From positions 5,146,001-5,210,000 of the forward strand of contig NC_090340.1 in assembly GCF_035084215.1 (NCBI RefSeq): DNA of 64,000 nt, given 5' to 3'. The DNA is from Heptranchias perlo (lineage: Eukaryota). Under the pieces are notes generated by a model, which saw nothing but the letters and a program-made list of their open reading frames with translations, made no database searches and had not been told where the DNA came from. Shown piece after piece: positions 1-11,745 of this stretch. The translations under genes were made by a program, and so were the position numbers. The first letter of the stretch is position 1, and every line of letters begins with the position of its first letter.

Positions 1-140
1 TACCTTCCTGCTTTTGTGTTCTCTTCTAGAAATGAACGTCATTGCTTTGTTTTTACTCTTTATGACCACCTGAACTTGTGCAGCTTCTTCGAACGATTTA
101 TCTATCTTTCCTCCCAGATGCCTTTGCCCCTCTGGTGTTA

Positions 141-550
141 GCTATGGCTCAGCGGTAGCACTCTAGCCTCTCAGGTGAGAAGGTTGTGGGTTCAAGTCCC
201 ATTTCTGAGCTGACACTCCAATACTAAGGGAGTGCTGCTCTGTCGTGAGTGTTTTTGTTCGGATGAGACGTTAAACCGAGACACTGTCTTTCCTCAGAGG
301 TGAAAACACCCCATGGCACTATTCGAAGAAGAGCAAGGGATTTCTCTCGTTGTCCTGGCCACTATTTGTCCTTTAACCAACATCACTAAAACAGATTATC
401 TGGTCATTAACACATTGGGACCTTACTGTGCACAAATTAGTTGCCGCGTTTCATACACTACAACAGTGACTACACTTCAAAAGTATTTCATTGGCTGTAA
501 AGTGCATTAGGATGTCCTGAGCTCATGAAAGGCGCAATATAAATGCAAGT
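141..550 (+). mobile_element. tRNA-headed SINE with Deu-domain-like core (SacSINE1/AmnSINE-type)
   Basis: A box TGGCTCAGCGG and B box GGTTCAAGTCC. Core GATGAGACGTTAAACCGAG..CCCATGGCACTATTCGAAGAAGAGCA. Tail GAAAGGCGCAATATAAATGCAAGT. Several copies in the window. Confidence 0.8.
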
Positions 551-559
551 CCCATTTTA

Positions 560-1160
560 TTTCTTTTTCCACCCCCATTTAGTTTCTTATCCACCAAGGA
601 ATAAGTCGCTTCTTCCATTCTCCTACCTAAATGAACCACCTCAGAGTTGCCTACATTGAATTTCATTTACCATTAATGCACCAACTCGACAACCCTGTTT
701 ATGCATTAATTTATTTTGGTATTGTCCTCCACATTGTTAGCTTTATCCCTCCAATTTGATATAATCTGTCAATTTTGTCACCATGCTTCCAATTACTGCG
801 TACAAATGATTTCTCTATATGGTGAAAAATAGTGGTCCCACAACCGATCCTCTGTTTTCTGTTATGTAGCCATGTTTCAATCCATTCTGCTAACTGGCCC
901 ATGACTCCACACGCCCTGACCTTTGTCATGAGTCTCTCATGAGGCACCTTTTTGAAGACCTTCTGAAAACCCATGTATGCCATATTCATTACATTTCCCT
1001 TGTCTACTATTTGTGCTATTTCGTCAAATAATTGAATACGGTTGGATGAACATGATATCGTCCCTATAGAAATCCTTGTTGACATTTTTTGTTATGTTCT
1101 ACTTCTGCAGTTGATTTTAGCAAAGATTCTTGCATATTTCCTATATCTGACATTAAGACA
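560..1160 (-). mobile_element. Old CR1 LINE RT fragment (continues at 1..135 beyond the SINE)
   Basis: ORF 711..1085: YMGFQKVFKKVPHERL..WIETWLHNRKQR. Confidence 0.8.
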
Positions 1161-2238
1161 TCGCATTGTTCAGTATATTTATTTTCAGCCAGTTATTTCA
1201 AAGTAAGACAGCATGCTACCATGAAGTGATGAATAAACTGTAACTTACCATTGGTAACTTTACGTAAGTATGCAAGGGTAATCGTTTTAAACATTGCGAC
1301 TGTGCACGGCCCTTTTACCTCCAGATTAAGATTGAATCTACCCCGAATGATCCTGAACGCCTCTCCAGTCTGCCTGTTGTGCAGGTATTGGACAGAATGT
1401 TCTTCTACTGAGTTCCCAACCAGTGTAGGCTCACACTATGAAATTGACATTGAATTGGTAAACAAGTTTTCAGGGCACAAGAATGGTGGGTACATGAATT
1501 GCCAATATCACACTTGCGTCTGGTGATTTAGCAAGGCATATTTTGAGATATAATAGAGGGAGCTCTAAAATGCCACCTATATTTGCCCTGGTAATGCATG
1601 GGTCGAAAATGGGTGGCATAAATAAACAAAGTATTTTTATTGTCCAGCACTTTTACACTTCAATTGAAAAACAAAAGCTTAATTTGTGGAACGCTAAATA
1701 CGTTAAAGAATTAATTCACGGAATACTAAATTAAACATTATCAGCAAGGAACAACATATTGACTTTAACATTAACTGGAGATCTGTAAAATAAGTCTATG
1801 CCGCTTGCTGTAGTTGCATTCTATCTTTTAATAGATTTCTCACTAGACCGGAAGTGAAGAAAGGACGTCATAATGTTAATATAAACACTTCGGGAACATT
1901 TCACTTAACCAGAAATAAACTGTAGATCAGCATCTGATAAACAAAGCTAGGTTGATGTCTGGGATGGAATGCCTCATAGGAAGCATTGATGTGAGATGCT
2001 ATTGTGGTTGTCTACTATTAACGATTTTAAATTGAGATTGACAGAACTGTAGGGTTGGCTTTTTTATATATATTTAACACGGATACAGACGGCCCGCACG
2101 GTCCAGTGAAATGTTACATCCACTATTAGCCACATTTCGATTTGTGTTCTGTTAGATAATCCACGGTTCTTTCCTTATTGATCCGCTTACGTGTTTCATT
2201 CTCTTTAGTTTTCCGACTTTGATTGCAACATATGCCAT

Positions 2239-2274
2239 CTACAGCAATCTATTTTCAACCGTCTCTTTCATGGT
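2239..2274 (-). CDS. Gene A putative terminal exon TMKETVENRLL* (degenerate Tyr-motif exon)
   Basis: ttttacag|ACC, phase 0. Aligns with gene B TKQRAPENKLTY, with TAG at the Tyr codon position. Residual MAYVAI and, in another frame, KERTVDY lie downstream. Confidence 0.55.
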   Translation of the reverse strand, partial: TMKETVENRLL

Positions 2275-5200
2275 CTGTAAAATTGAAGCGTTTTCCGGTT
2301 AGCTGGATTAGTCAGCAGAGTGATGTATGGAACAGAACGCGGTCGGCTGTAACTAAATTAATGTTTCAACGAATATGTCATTTGAATAAAGAATATATCA
2401 TAGCAGTATATCATTATTGAAATTTCACAACTTTTATTTTTGACCGCATCGTGCATAACATTTTCCGCCTGATCAGAGCGTCTTACAATCACGAAGATAT
2501 GTAAAAAAACACCATTACAATCCTTCGAATTCTAAAAATTCCTAGAAACTTAAAAGTAGAAGAATTTTCTTCCACACTCAGTGAACAACTGCATTGTGCC
2601 CAGAATGTGTGCCTCAGACATGGATTCAATGACACACAAAGAGGTGTTTTATCAATATTGAGAACTAGATGGCCAAGTGAAGTCGTGCATTGGGACCTGG
2701 AGTTTGAGTTCAGCCTGTACTGATAGATGACTCTCCATTTCTTGACTCATCTCGATCTCACTCGTCGTGTTGTGGTTTACAGCATCAAATGTACAATTTA
2801 TTAAAAATCGACATTGAAGAATTATTAACCTCACTCAGAGAAGCCAGCGATGAGTCGGCCCGAGAGTGGGGATGATACGCAAGGGCCAGTTGTCGTGTTC
2901 TTCATCAGGTGGAGCTTTATGCATTTTATTGAAGCCTAATTAATTAATCAGTTAATCAGTCTGTATCGAACTCTACTGCACCAGACCTCGGGGTGTTAAA
3001 TGGGGGAGTGTCGACGATGTTCTATTCTGCTCTGGGAGTGTTTGATGGGACAGAGTAGAGTAGAATTTGTTCACTATCCACCCCCTGCTGTACATGACTG
3101 GAAAAGTTTAAAGCTGGAAATGGGACTGATGGGGATTTATTGATTTTGTACATTGGCCCCTCGTGGACATGAACATAAATATTTACCAACAATCTAAATG
3201 TGAAAAATACGGGATAATCGCATAAGGCAGAGATTTCAAATATGCCCAGTTTTGGATCACATTCTTTTAAGACCTCAAGCATTTTCGAAAATGTACGAGA
3301 GAAACATACCCGTTCTTCGAAGTGTTGAGATTCCTCTTCTTTTCTGCGTGCGCCTAGTGAAATACAACATTTATCTTTCACCATACATCAGGAAGTGAGC
3401 CACTGAGAGCAGGAAAATCCGACTTAGTCTCAGCCAATAACACCTTCAGGATCGCAGCTCATGACAAGTTTTGAAAATTTCATCGCAACCAACCCCCACC
3501 CCCCTCCACTTCCTTTGAACAATTTTGAATTAAAGTTCCTGCAATCCATTCGGCCCATAACACATGGAATTACTGATTGGAATCTGTGAAAACAACCGAA
3601 AAATGTAAATAGCTTTTCTCATTAATCATTTATTTTATGTTCATGTGAATGACTCTTGGACAAATCATCTATATCAGATCGTGGAACCAATTAAAGCGGT
3701 TCAACAAATCAACAGAATTCGATTCCTGTAGCAGCTTCAACGCGTCTTAATCTGCCTGGCGTCATATTGTTCCCTTTTTTATTACAAATGTATCACAATG
3801 AAACTGCAGATTTGTCTCCTTACCTTTACAGTTACTGAGCTGACAACTCTTCCCAATGACGGCGACGAGGGCTAGAAGTATCAATGCACCCCCTGTACAT
3901 CCAGAAATCAGTAGGTAATGGGGGATGTGTTCATTGCCTATAGTAATAATAATGTGTTAGTTGCACGATTTATGTATTCAGTGCCTCCACAGCAGTGCAT
4001 GAGGACTGAGACTGTTAACTCGGGCAAGCTGATTTAGTTCTAGATATCAAATAGACATTTATTGTTCTGGTTTTCCCTTCAGCTGAATCTGGCCTGTGAA
4101 TTGTCTGCATTACAGGGGCAAAATATAATTTTCCGATTTTCATTGACACGACAATGATGAACTTTGAAGCTAAGAAGACTGTGGCGCAAATTGCAGCCGC
4201 ATTATTCATCCTTGGTTGATGCCTCCCGGATAGCGTCAGCTGAAACAGGGATTGATTTGGATCGGCAGGGTATCAATAAAGGGAAATATTTAATTAAATG
4301 AGAAAAAGACAGTCTATGTATTTTCTCTCTTTTAAAATACGAGGAATTGAATTTGATGAACATTAGTATATATCAGTTCATAATTATAATCTTTATAGAT
4401 TAAACTCTTTTCCTCTAATGGGGACGTTTTACTTTTGTATCCGTTTCACAAATCCGCAAATAGTAACAATCTTTAAATGAAAACTCTTTAAATTTATTGT
4501 CTGCCAAAAACAAAACTGACTGAGGGCAAATACGCAGATTTATAATTGACGATGGCTGCCAATATCTGTAAAAATGTCAACATCTTACCTGGGTTAGACG
4601 TGGAATCAAAGTAAACAGCCACGGCTGGACTCTGCAGTGTGAGGTGAGACACGACACAGGTATATATAACCCCGCTCTCGGCTAGCTGTGTCGCATTCAA
4701 ACTGCTGGAAGCTTCATATATTCCCTCCGAATTCAGTTTTTTAATGGTGGTGATTCCAGTCACAATGTTGGTGTCATTTTTATACCAAGTGAAGGTGAGA
4801 GGCTCTGGATAGAACACAGCCGTTGCACACACAAGAGTCAGAGCAGATGAGTTGGTTCCGGACACTTTGGGAGACAGACTCACGGGTTCTGGGGAAGCTG
4901 TGGAACAAGGTAGGGAATACATTGTCTCCGTGTTGCTAAGTTAGTCCGGTTTGGCGCTCATTCTTCTCGAATATAACAACGTGACTCTCAGTCACAGGTA
5001 CAGAACTAAACCACTGATTGTAACTGACCTGGATCTGAACAATTCGAAATAAGCTAGTTCCCATAACTTTCTATACTAAAATGCGGACTATTCACAACCG
5101 TGTTGCAGTAACAGGAGAATGCATTTCAGTGCGAGTAGATATTCAGGCCGTCGGTGCTTCGTGCTTAGTCCAGGGAAAGATTTAGATTTACCTATTAACT

Positions 5201-6196
5201 CAGCAGCTTTTTGCTCTTTTTTGTTATTGGGCAGCGTTTAATAAATAGGCGAAACGTATTCAGGGAATATAATTTCAAACTGTTCGCGTTAAGAATTGCA
5301 AATTTGGAACAAAGGGGCAAAATCATTACCGCCCAGAGTAGTGTTACTTTAAAGCCGGGATTATTGTCGGTACATTATAAATGGAGTCACAGAGTACAAA
5401 AGCCAGGAAGTTATGCTAAACATTTACAAATCGATGGTGAGACTTCAGCTGGTGCATTGTGTCCAATTCGGGGCACCATATTTTAGGAAGAATGCAAATG
5501 TTGTAGACGGGTTTACCAGAATTATACCACGGATGAGGGACTTCAATTCTGTGGAGAGACTGGAGAAGCTGGGATTGTTTTCCTTACAGCCGAGAAGGTT
5601 AACGGGAGATGTAATTGATATGTGCAAGATGATGTGGGGTTTTGCAAAAGTAAATAAGGAACAACTGTTTCCTTTGACAGGAGGATCGGTAAACAAAGAA
5701 CATGGATTGAAGACAATTGGCAAAAGAACTAGACGAAACAAGTGGAAATTTATTTTTTAAACAGCGAGATGTTATGGTCTGGAATGCCCTGAGTGAACCG
5801 GTGGTGAAAGCAGATTCAATAGTAACCTTCAAAAGAGAATTGAATGTATACATGAAATGTAATTTTGCAGGGTTATGGTTGAAGGGAAGTTGAGAGTGAC
5901 AAATGGGATAGCTCTTTCAAAGAGCCGACACATGTACGATGGGCGGAATGGCCGCTTTGACTGCTGTACGATTCTATGAAATTAGAAGCATTGTGACAAG
6001 AGTTTTTAAACACACAGGAACAAGTACATAAGACAGGAAGGATCTTAAAATACTCAGTAGCCCAGCTGTCCATTCCATAAATCTAATACCTCTGTAGCGT
6101 CCACTCCATCAAATATCGAATCAATTCTCCCGTAAAATTTTCAACATTATCTGCGCCCATCGGACAGTCCGTTTCGCATGTTTACCACCTTCTGCG

Positions 6197-6233
<37 letters not shown>

Positions 6234-7336
6234 CAGTTAAATCTAATGTCTCTGCCCACCTTCCCTCCGATAAGTTTCAGCCATTGTGCTTTGGCTGCCG
6301 TCTTTGTGGAAATTTCGAGCTAACTATCCATTCTCTTAATAGTCTTGAACACTTGAATAAAATACTCCATGCCCATTCTGTGCTCCAAAATAAACACGCC
6401 CGTGCTCCGCAATGTCTCATCGTTACTCAGGTACCTTAAACTAGTCTTCAGTTTGGCTGCCCTGGTTGAAAACTGCGTCCAATGCTTGTGTATCCTCACT
6501 GTCGTTTTTTGATAGAATTGTACACCGTATTCAAAGCGTCGGCGTGCCAGTTCCCCAATAATTTTACAATGCTAACACCAGGGATGAATTCAGTAAATAA
6601 GCAAAACAACTGATGATACAATATATTTAACTCCAGATACTTAAAACACTTTAAATATACCTGTACTGTAACTATCCATATATAAATATACTACAGATTG
6701 ACTGATAGCAATGTTTGAACAAAAGAAATCTCATAACGTGGCCATCTGCCTCTTTTCGTTATTGTGGAATGGCGGTAGTGCAATACCAAGGATCGCATAT
6801 ATCTGCAAGATCGCTTACCGTGCACAACAAGCTTCGATCCGGTTCCATTTACGATCCGGTTTCCCGTGTATCTCACTCCGCAGTAATAGAATCCGGAGTC
6901 TGGGACACGCACATTCACGATCTGGAAGGAAGCCTCTCCGTTTTCCAAAGGGAAGAATCGTTTACTGCCGTCAGAACTTGGTTTTAATAAGTGTTTGTCG
7001 CCAAGTCTCCACCAATAAACATTCACATCTGAATTATCATGGACGGAGCTCGTCAGGCATTTGAAAGTAACGTCTGCACCTGAAATCACACTGGTGCTTT
7101 CAGGGGTTTGGAAAACTTCAGCGGGAGCAACTATAAAACAGAAAAAAAACATTAATTTCAAAATAGGGATAAAAGATATTTAGGCACGGATAGATAAATT
7201 GATCGCCAAATAAAGAGATAGATGGATAAATTGATAGAGATAGAATATAGATCGAAGAAAGAAAGAATGGTCCATTATAGCAGATAATACCTTTGTAAAT
7301 AATCCCTAGCACCCATATGTACTGACACACAAACAT
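2239..7336 (-). CDS. Gene A: VJ-C1-TM immunoglobulin-superfamily receptor paralogous to gene B, with a short Tyr-free tail, about 286 aa; join(7291..7336,6819..7130,4589..4897,3824..3937,3310..3353,2239..2274)
   Basis: GT-AG introns, with phases 1,1,1,1,0 in frame. The first five exons are clear. The last exon is assigned by similarity to gene B exon 7 and is less certain. Confidence 0.78.
3310..3353 (-). CDS. Gene A exon 5, 44-nt cytoplasmic exon (GARRKEEESQHFEER)
   Basis: tttcactag|GC ... CGG|gtatgt. Lies in ORF 3022..3384. Same size and phase as gene B exon 5. Confidence 0.82.
3824..3937 (-). CDS. Gene A exon 4, transmembrane (GNEHIPHYLLISGCTGGALILLALVAVIGKSCQLSNCK)
   Basis: Manual translation. 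Acceptor actatag|GC, donor AAAG|gtaagg. YLLISxCxxG..LAL...IGK is shared with gene B. Confidence 0.9.
4589..4897 (-). CDS. Gene A exon 3, C1-set Ig domain (LTLVCATAVFYPEPLTFTWYKN..EGIYEASSSL..YTCVVSH)
   Basis: Within ORF 4494..4922. Acceptor ttccacag|CT, donor CCAG|gtaaga. 309 nt, as in gene B. Confidence 0.95.
5300..5975 (+). mobile_element. CR1 LINE 3' fragment in gene A V-C1 intron
   Basis: ORF 5413..5760: RLEKLGLFSLQPRRLTGD. 3' UTR hairpin gatgggcggaatggcc and ATTCTATG end. Confidence 0.9.
6201..6230. repeat. (TA)n microsatellite
   Basis: Direct read. Confidence 0.95.
6819..7130 (-). CDS. Gene A exon 2, V-set Ig domain with J-like strand (..VFQTPE..VTFKC..VYWWRLG..DSGFYYC..NGTGSKLVVH)
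   Basis: Within ORF 6691..7161. Acceptor ttttatag|TT, donor CACG|gtaagc. Confidence 0.95.
7291..7336 (-). CDS. Gene A exon 1, signal peptide MFVCQYIWVLGIIYK
   Basis: ATG at 7336, donor AAAG|gtatta (phase 1), 160-nt intron. QxIxVLGII is shared with the gene B leader. Confidence 0.8.
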
Positions 7337-7824
7337 TGTACAATGGATATTGATCAGCCAATGAACCACGGCTCGAATGGTTTGGAAGTATCTGTAGATA
7401 ATGCGATCTGACTTGTGATATGATAAGGTGTCGTATCATGTGCCTAAACCTGCTTTCGATAAGCTATTTTAAGTGGCGAGATGTGAATGCAAATGTCATT
7501 TAATGTGCATGAGAACCTGACCTCAATAGAAACTGTAATCTGAAGTTAAACCAAAGCCTCTCTGGTTGGCCTGTATGCGGTTTATCTCACTGACGTATGA
7601 TTAAGCAAGTAACAGGTTCTCGACACGTTGATGAAATTCACTGACTTCGTGGAAGCAGTTCATATTATACAGAAGATGGAGAAAGGAAGGGATGTGGGGG
7701 GTCGGTTTTCCAGTAAGCGAAGGTCGGAAAGCTTCAGCAAGAAGACAATTTGCGCTGAATCTGGTCCAAGTGACCCTGCCCCTAAACCGTCAGTATTTCC
7801 TCCCTCGGTCTGTATTGCCCATGC

Positions 7825-8192
7825 GGACACGATGGGCCGAATGGCCTCCTTCCGTGCTTTAACTATTCTATGATTCTATGATTATGTGGTCAAGAACCAG
7901 AGGACATAGATTTAAGACGATTGGCAAAAGATCCAGAGGTGACATGAGGAAAATGTTTTTTACACAGCGAGTGGTTATGATCTGGAACGCAGTACCAGAG
8001 GGGGTGGTGGAGGCAGATTCAATCGTGGTTTTTAAAAGGGAAGTGGATAATTACTTGAAAGGAAAATAAATGGCGAGCCACGGGGATAGGGCGGGAGAGT
8101 GGGACCAGCTGGACTAGTCTTGCATCGAGCCGGCACGGACTTGATGGTCCGAATGGCCTTCTTTCGTGCTGTAACCTTTCTATAATTCTATG
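7825..8192 (+). mobile_element. Two tandem CR1 3' ends
   Basis: ORF 7878..8069: SRTRGHRFK..FFTQRVV.IWN. gggccgaatggcct hairpin and (ATTCTATG)n occur twice. Confidence 0.88.
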
Positions 8193-8394
8193 ACCCTATG
8201 CGGAACATTTTCGGAGCGGTAAAACGATGACGCTGCAGATTTCCAAAGGCTGCGGCCAGGTAAAGGAGGACATCAGAGCATGGATTCTCCTCTTCGGGTC
8301 GCAGTTCCTTCAGGATGGTATTTCCACCTGTCCGTCCGAATCCAACCCGATCATGATCCATTTTTTTTTCTGGTCGCGCTTCATCTGATGCACA

Positions 8395-8545
8395 CGGCAA
8401 ATCCCATCATGCACTCGTGGAGGTATTGCTGGCTCAGGTCAAAGCGAGAAGGGTGGTTCAGGCTGTTTTCAGGGAGGCTGCTGAGGATGTCTGTGCAACG
8501 TCACCACCAAAGTACTGCAGGAAGAGATTAAATGTACCACTGAAA
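8395..8545 (+). mobile_element. Degenerate Myb/SANT-like coding remnant (PIF/Harbinger accessory ORF type)
   Basis: Manual translation: HALVEVLLAQVKARR..EAAEDVCA..YCRKRLN. Confidence 0.45.
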
Positions 8546-9624
8546 CTTCACTGACCACCTTGCCTCAAACTCTTTCTCTCTGATGACCTGAGTGTTAGGA
8601 AAAGTCACGCATGCATAGGCAAACCTCTTCAAGTACTCCAGCGCCACTTAAACTGAGAATCACTCTGTAAACTCACATAAGCTGTCACAATGTTTCTGTG
8701 CGTCTTTTGGGACATTTCCTTTAAAGGCTTAATTCTCCAGCAACTCTCATCATCACATGGGTGATGTATCCACTCAAATTGGTGAAAACAACATCGCTAC
8801 CCCATTACCATTTAACAGTATCTTCTCCTACCACAAAGGGAAAGGGAAGTACACAAACCCCAAGGGGGCATTCGGTCTGTCATGACACTGACCCTTACGT
8901 GATACATGGTGTCATAAAATAGGTTAATAAAAGAGCATCATGGGTTAATTAGATTGAGGGGCTGCAGTGAGATAGTAAGAGAAAGAGGGTACAGCACATG
9001 CCAGAAATATCTCTTTGCAAAACAGACAGCTTGAGCAAGATAAAATATAATCGCAGAATTAAATGTAGCTGGTGTAGAAGTAATGAACAGTATTCCTCTA
9101 AAATTGAGCTTAGACAATAGAATCTCAGATGAATCTTATATCACATGACTTTAGGAGTGTATTAGTTAAAGCATTTAAGGGTGGGCGGTTGGTGTTACTG
9201 TGGAACAGACGAGTCTAAGAACAATGGAAAACTAGCTGGAGAAACAAGAACTAACCCTAACCGTAACCCTAACAACGAGATAAGAGATGGGGCCTTATAT
9301 CTAACGATTTCACCCTGCGACTAACTAAATGATGCACTGCCGAGCTGGGCAAATCAGGTTTGAGTCAGTTTTCAGACAAATGGATAACAATTGTTTCTAG
9401 CGTTAGGTCATATCTTATGACCAAAAGTGGATGTTTTAAAGTAAAAATCTAAATGCAGAACGCAATTTATCTTGGTGGGAGGGTGGGTGGAGGGGGCTGA
9501 GGACTTCTGATCAAGAACGGCCTGGTAAAAATTATAGACAGAGTTGCTTGCTTATAATCACCTGTGCGTTCAATAAGTTTTGAAAGATAAGTTGTCTCTT
9601 GATAAATTGATAAGAGGCCATAGT

Positions 9625-10435
9625 GACCAGAGATCAAGTGAGTGGGCAAAACTTTGGTCGATGTATTTCAGTGTGGGGAATTTTGAAGTTTGCACTTTGA
9701 ATTAAGAAAGATAGATCAAAATATGTAAGAAGTGGTGAGGAGCTGGGAACTGTACAGGAACAGAGAGATTTAGGGGTCCAAGTACAGGAATCGTGAAAAA
9801 CTCGTGGACAGGCACAAAAATAATTTAAAAGGCGAATGGAATGTTCGATTTATCTCAAGGGGGCTGGAATACAAGGAGTTGGAATTTATCCAACAGTTAC
9901 ATAACGCTCTGGTTAGACCCCTGCATTCAGTCATGGGCGCCACATCTCAGGAAGGGTAGAGTGGCCATGGAAGGGGTGCAGTGCAGATTCATCAGAATGA
10001 TACCAGGGCTAAAGGGGTTAAATTATAAGGACAAGTTGCATAGACTAGGCTTGTATTCCCTTGAGTATAAAAGGTTAAGTGGTGATTTAATGGAAATTAT
10101 TAAGATGATTTAATTCTTTGATAAGGAAGATAGAGAACAACAATTTCCTTTGGTGGGATAGTCCTGAACAAGTGGGCGTAATCTTAAAATTAGATCTAGA
10201 CCGTCCTTGGGCGATGTCAGGTCACGTTTCTGCACCCATTCTGTCCGTCAAAAGGCTGTTGAAATTAGGTCAACTGGAAATTTCAAAACTGAGGTTAATA
10301 GATTTTTGTTAAGTGAGGTTATTAAGATATATGAAACTAAGGGGAGTAAATGGATTTAAGATACAGATCAACCATGATTTCATTGAAAGGCGGAACTTTC
10401 TCAAGGAGCTGAATGACCTATGCCTGTTCCTATGA
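9625..10435 (+). mobile_element. CR1 LINE 3' fragment
   Basis: ORF 9841..10113: WAPHLRK..EGVQCRF.RMIPGLKGLNY. Ends with cctgttcctatg. Confidence 0.9.
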
Positions 10436-11339
10436 TCCTATTTTTGACCCCATTTCCATCAGTCATAAGTGGTCGCTGGGCAAAAGTCATAATTAAACGC
10501 TCGAAAGAAGGTGCAGTTTGTACTCCTTATATATACACTATTCATATCTGTGCGTGCAGCATGGTTTCCCCGAAGTTTGCTCTTAGTTACAGTGCAGCAT
10601 GTGGGTCATCTATTTTCGAATTCCGGGCCCCAGAAATTGCCACTTTCCTTTGGGGTAGCTCCTACAATAACGCCTCCAGGCTCTCTACACTAAAGGTAAC
10701 CGTTTCCAGAGTTCTTCCAGACATTCTTGGCCCCTTAAGGCAACCTGCAACATAAATTGATGCGTCGCTAGTTTTAACTCGATAAAACCAGCACAGCACA
10801 ATGGCCCGCTCCCCGTTGCTTACCCGGCCTGGACCGCTCTACCCATTAGGAGTTTGATTCACAGACGTTTCTGGGTTTGAATGGGAAGGTTACCTCCTCC
10901 GAGCAATAAGCTTAACGGTGCAGATCCATCAGTGAGCCAGGCTACCTGTTCAATCAGCAGCAATGTCCTGGAGTACCCCTGAGTACCTGGCTCATGCATT
11001 GCGCTACCCAGTCGTCCATGAAGGTTTAACTTGATTCTTAACATCTGCCACCTGCCTTGTTTTCTTGGAACAATCGCGACTTTCAATCTTGACTTACTTC
11101 CCTCAAGTACAATGATGATGATCGCCCGTCGATAACTATCGCCTGGAATTTACTTGCAGGAACCTCTAAACCCTGTTTGTGCAGTTTCTCCGGGGTTTTC
11201 GTTGATCTTCCACCGAAGTTTTGCTGGCCAATCCAGAGAACTGTCCAGGAAATTCCGGCGGGAGAGGCAAACTATCCGGCTGCATGTCTGTCAGATTGAT
11301 TCCTTCACTCTCTCTATGCAACATGATGTGTATTTTCAT

Positions 11340-11745
11340 AACGTAAAATGTTGCGGATGCTGGAAATCTAACTTAAAACCTGAAAATGCTGGAAATACTC
11401 AGCAAGTCCAGCGCATCGGTGGAAAAATAAACCGGGTTAACGTTTAAGGTCGATGAACCTTCGTCAGAACTGGAAGAAGTTGATGATTGAACAATTTTAA
11501 GCAAGTACAGAGCCGTGGAAAGTGATGGGGTTGGGGAGGTGGAGTGGAGGAATGAACAAAAGGGAAGGTCTCCATTAGGGTGGAGGGCATGAGTGATTAA
11601 ATGAAAAAAAAATATGATGGTGCAAGGCCACGAGGGTAGCAATGTGACATGTAAAAAAACACAAGATGTGGCTTGAGGAGCTTCAAATTGCAACATCAGA
11701 ACCGTTACCAGCATTTGCGGTCCAAAAAAATTGGAGCAGTGGTTA
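11340..11745 (-). mobile_element. Penelope-like element terminal (non-coding) segment
   Basis: gctggaaatactcagcaagtc..gttaacgtttaaggtcgat is the reverse complement of the tail (37430-37530) of the GIY-YIG element at 36645. Confidence 0.6.

Noticed and set aside
141-215. tRNA-like A/B boxes
   Set aside because: These are SINE heads continuing into a shared SINE body, with no intact cloverleaf, so they are not tRNA genes.
2487-2588. AG..GTAAG-bounded 102-nt segment at the position expected for a gene A exon 6
   Set aside because: It has an in-frame stop and no similarity to gene B exon 6.
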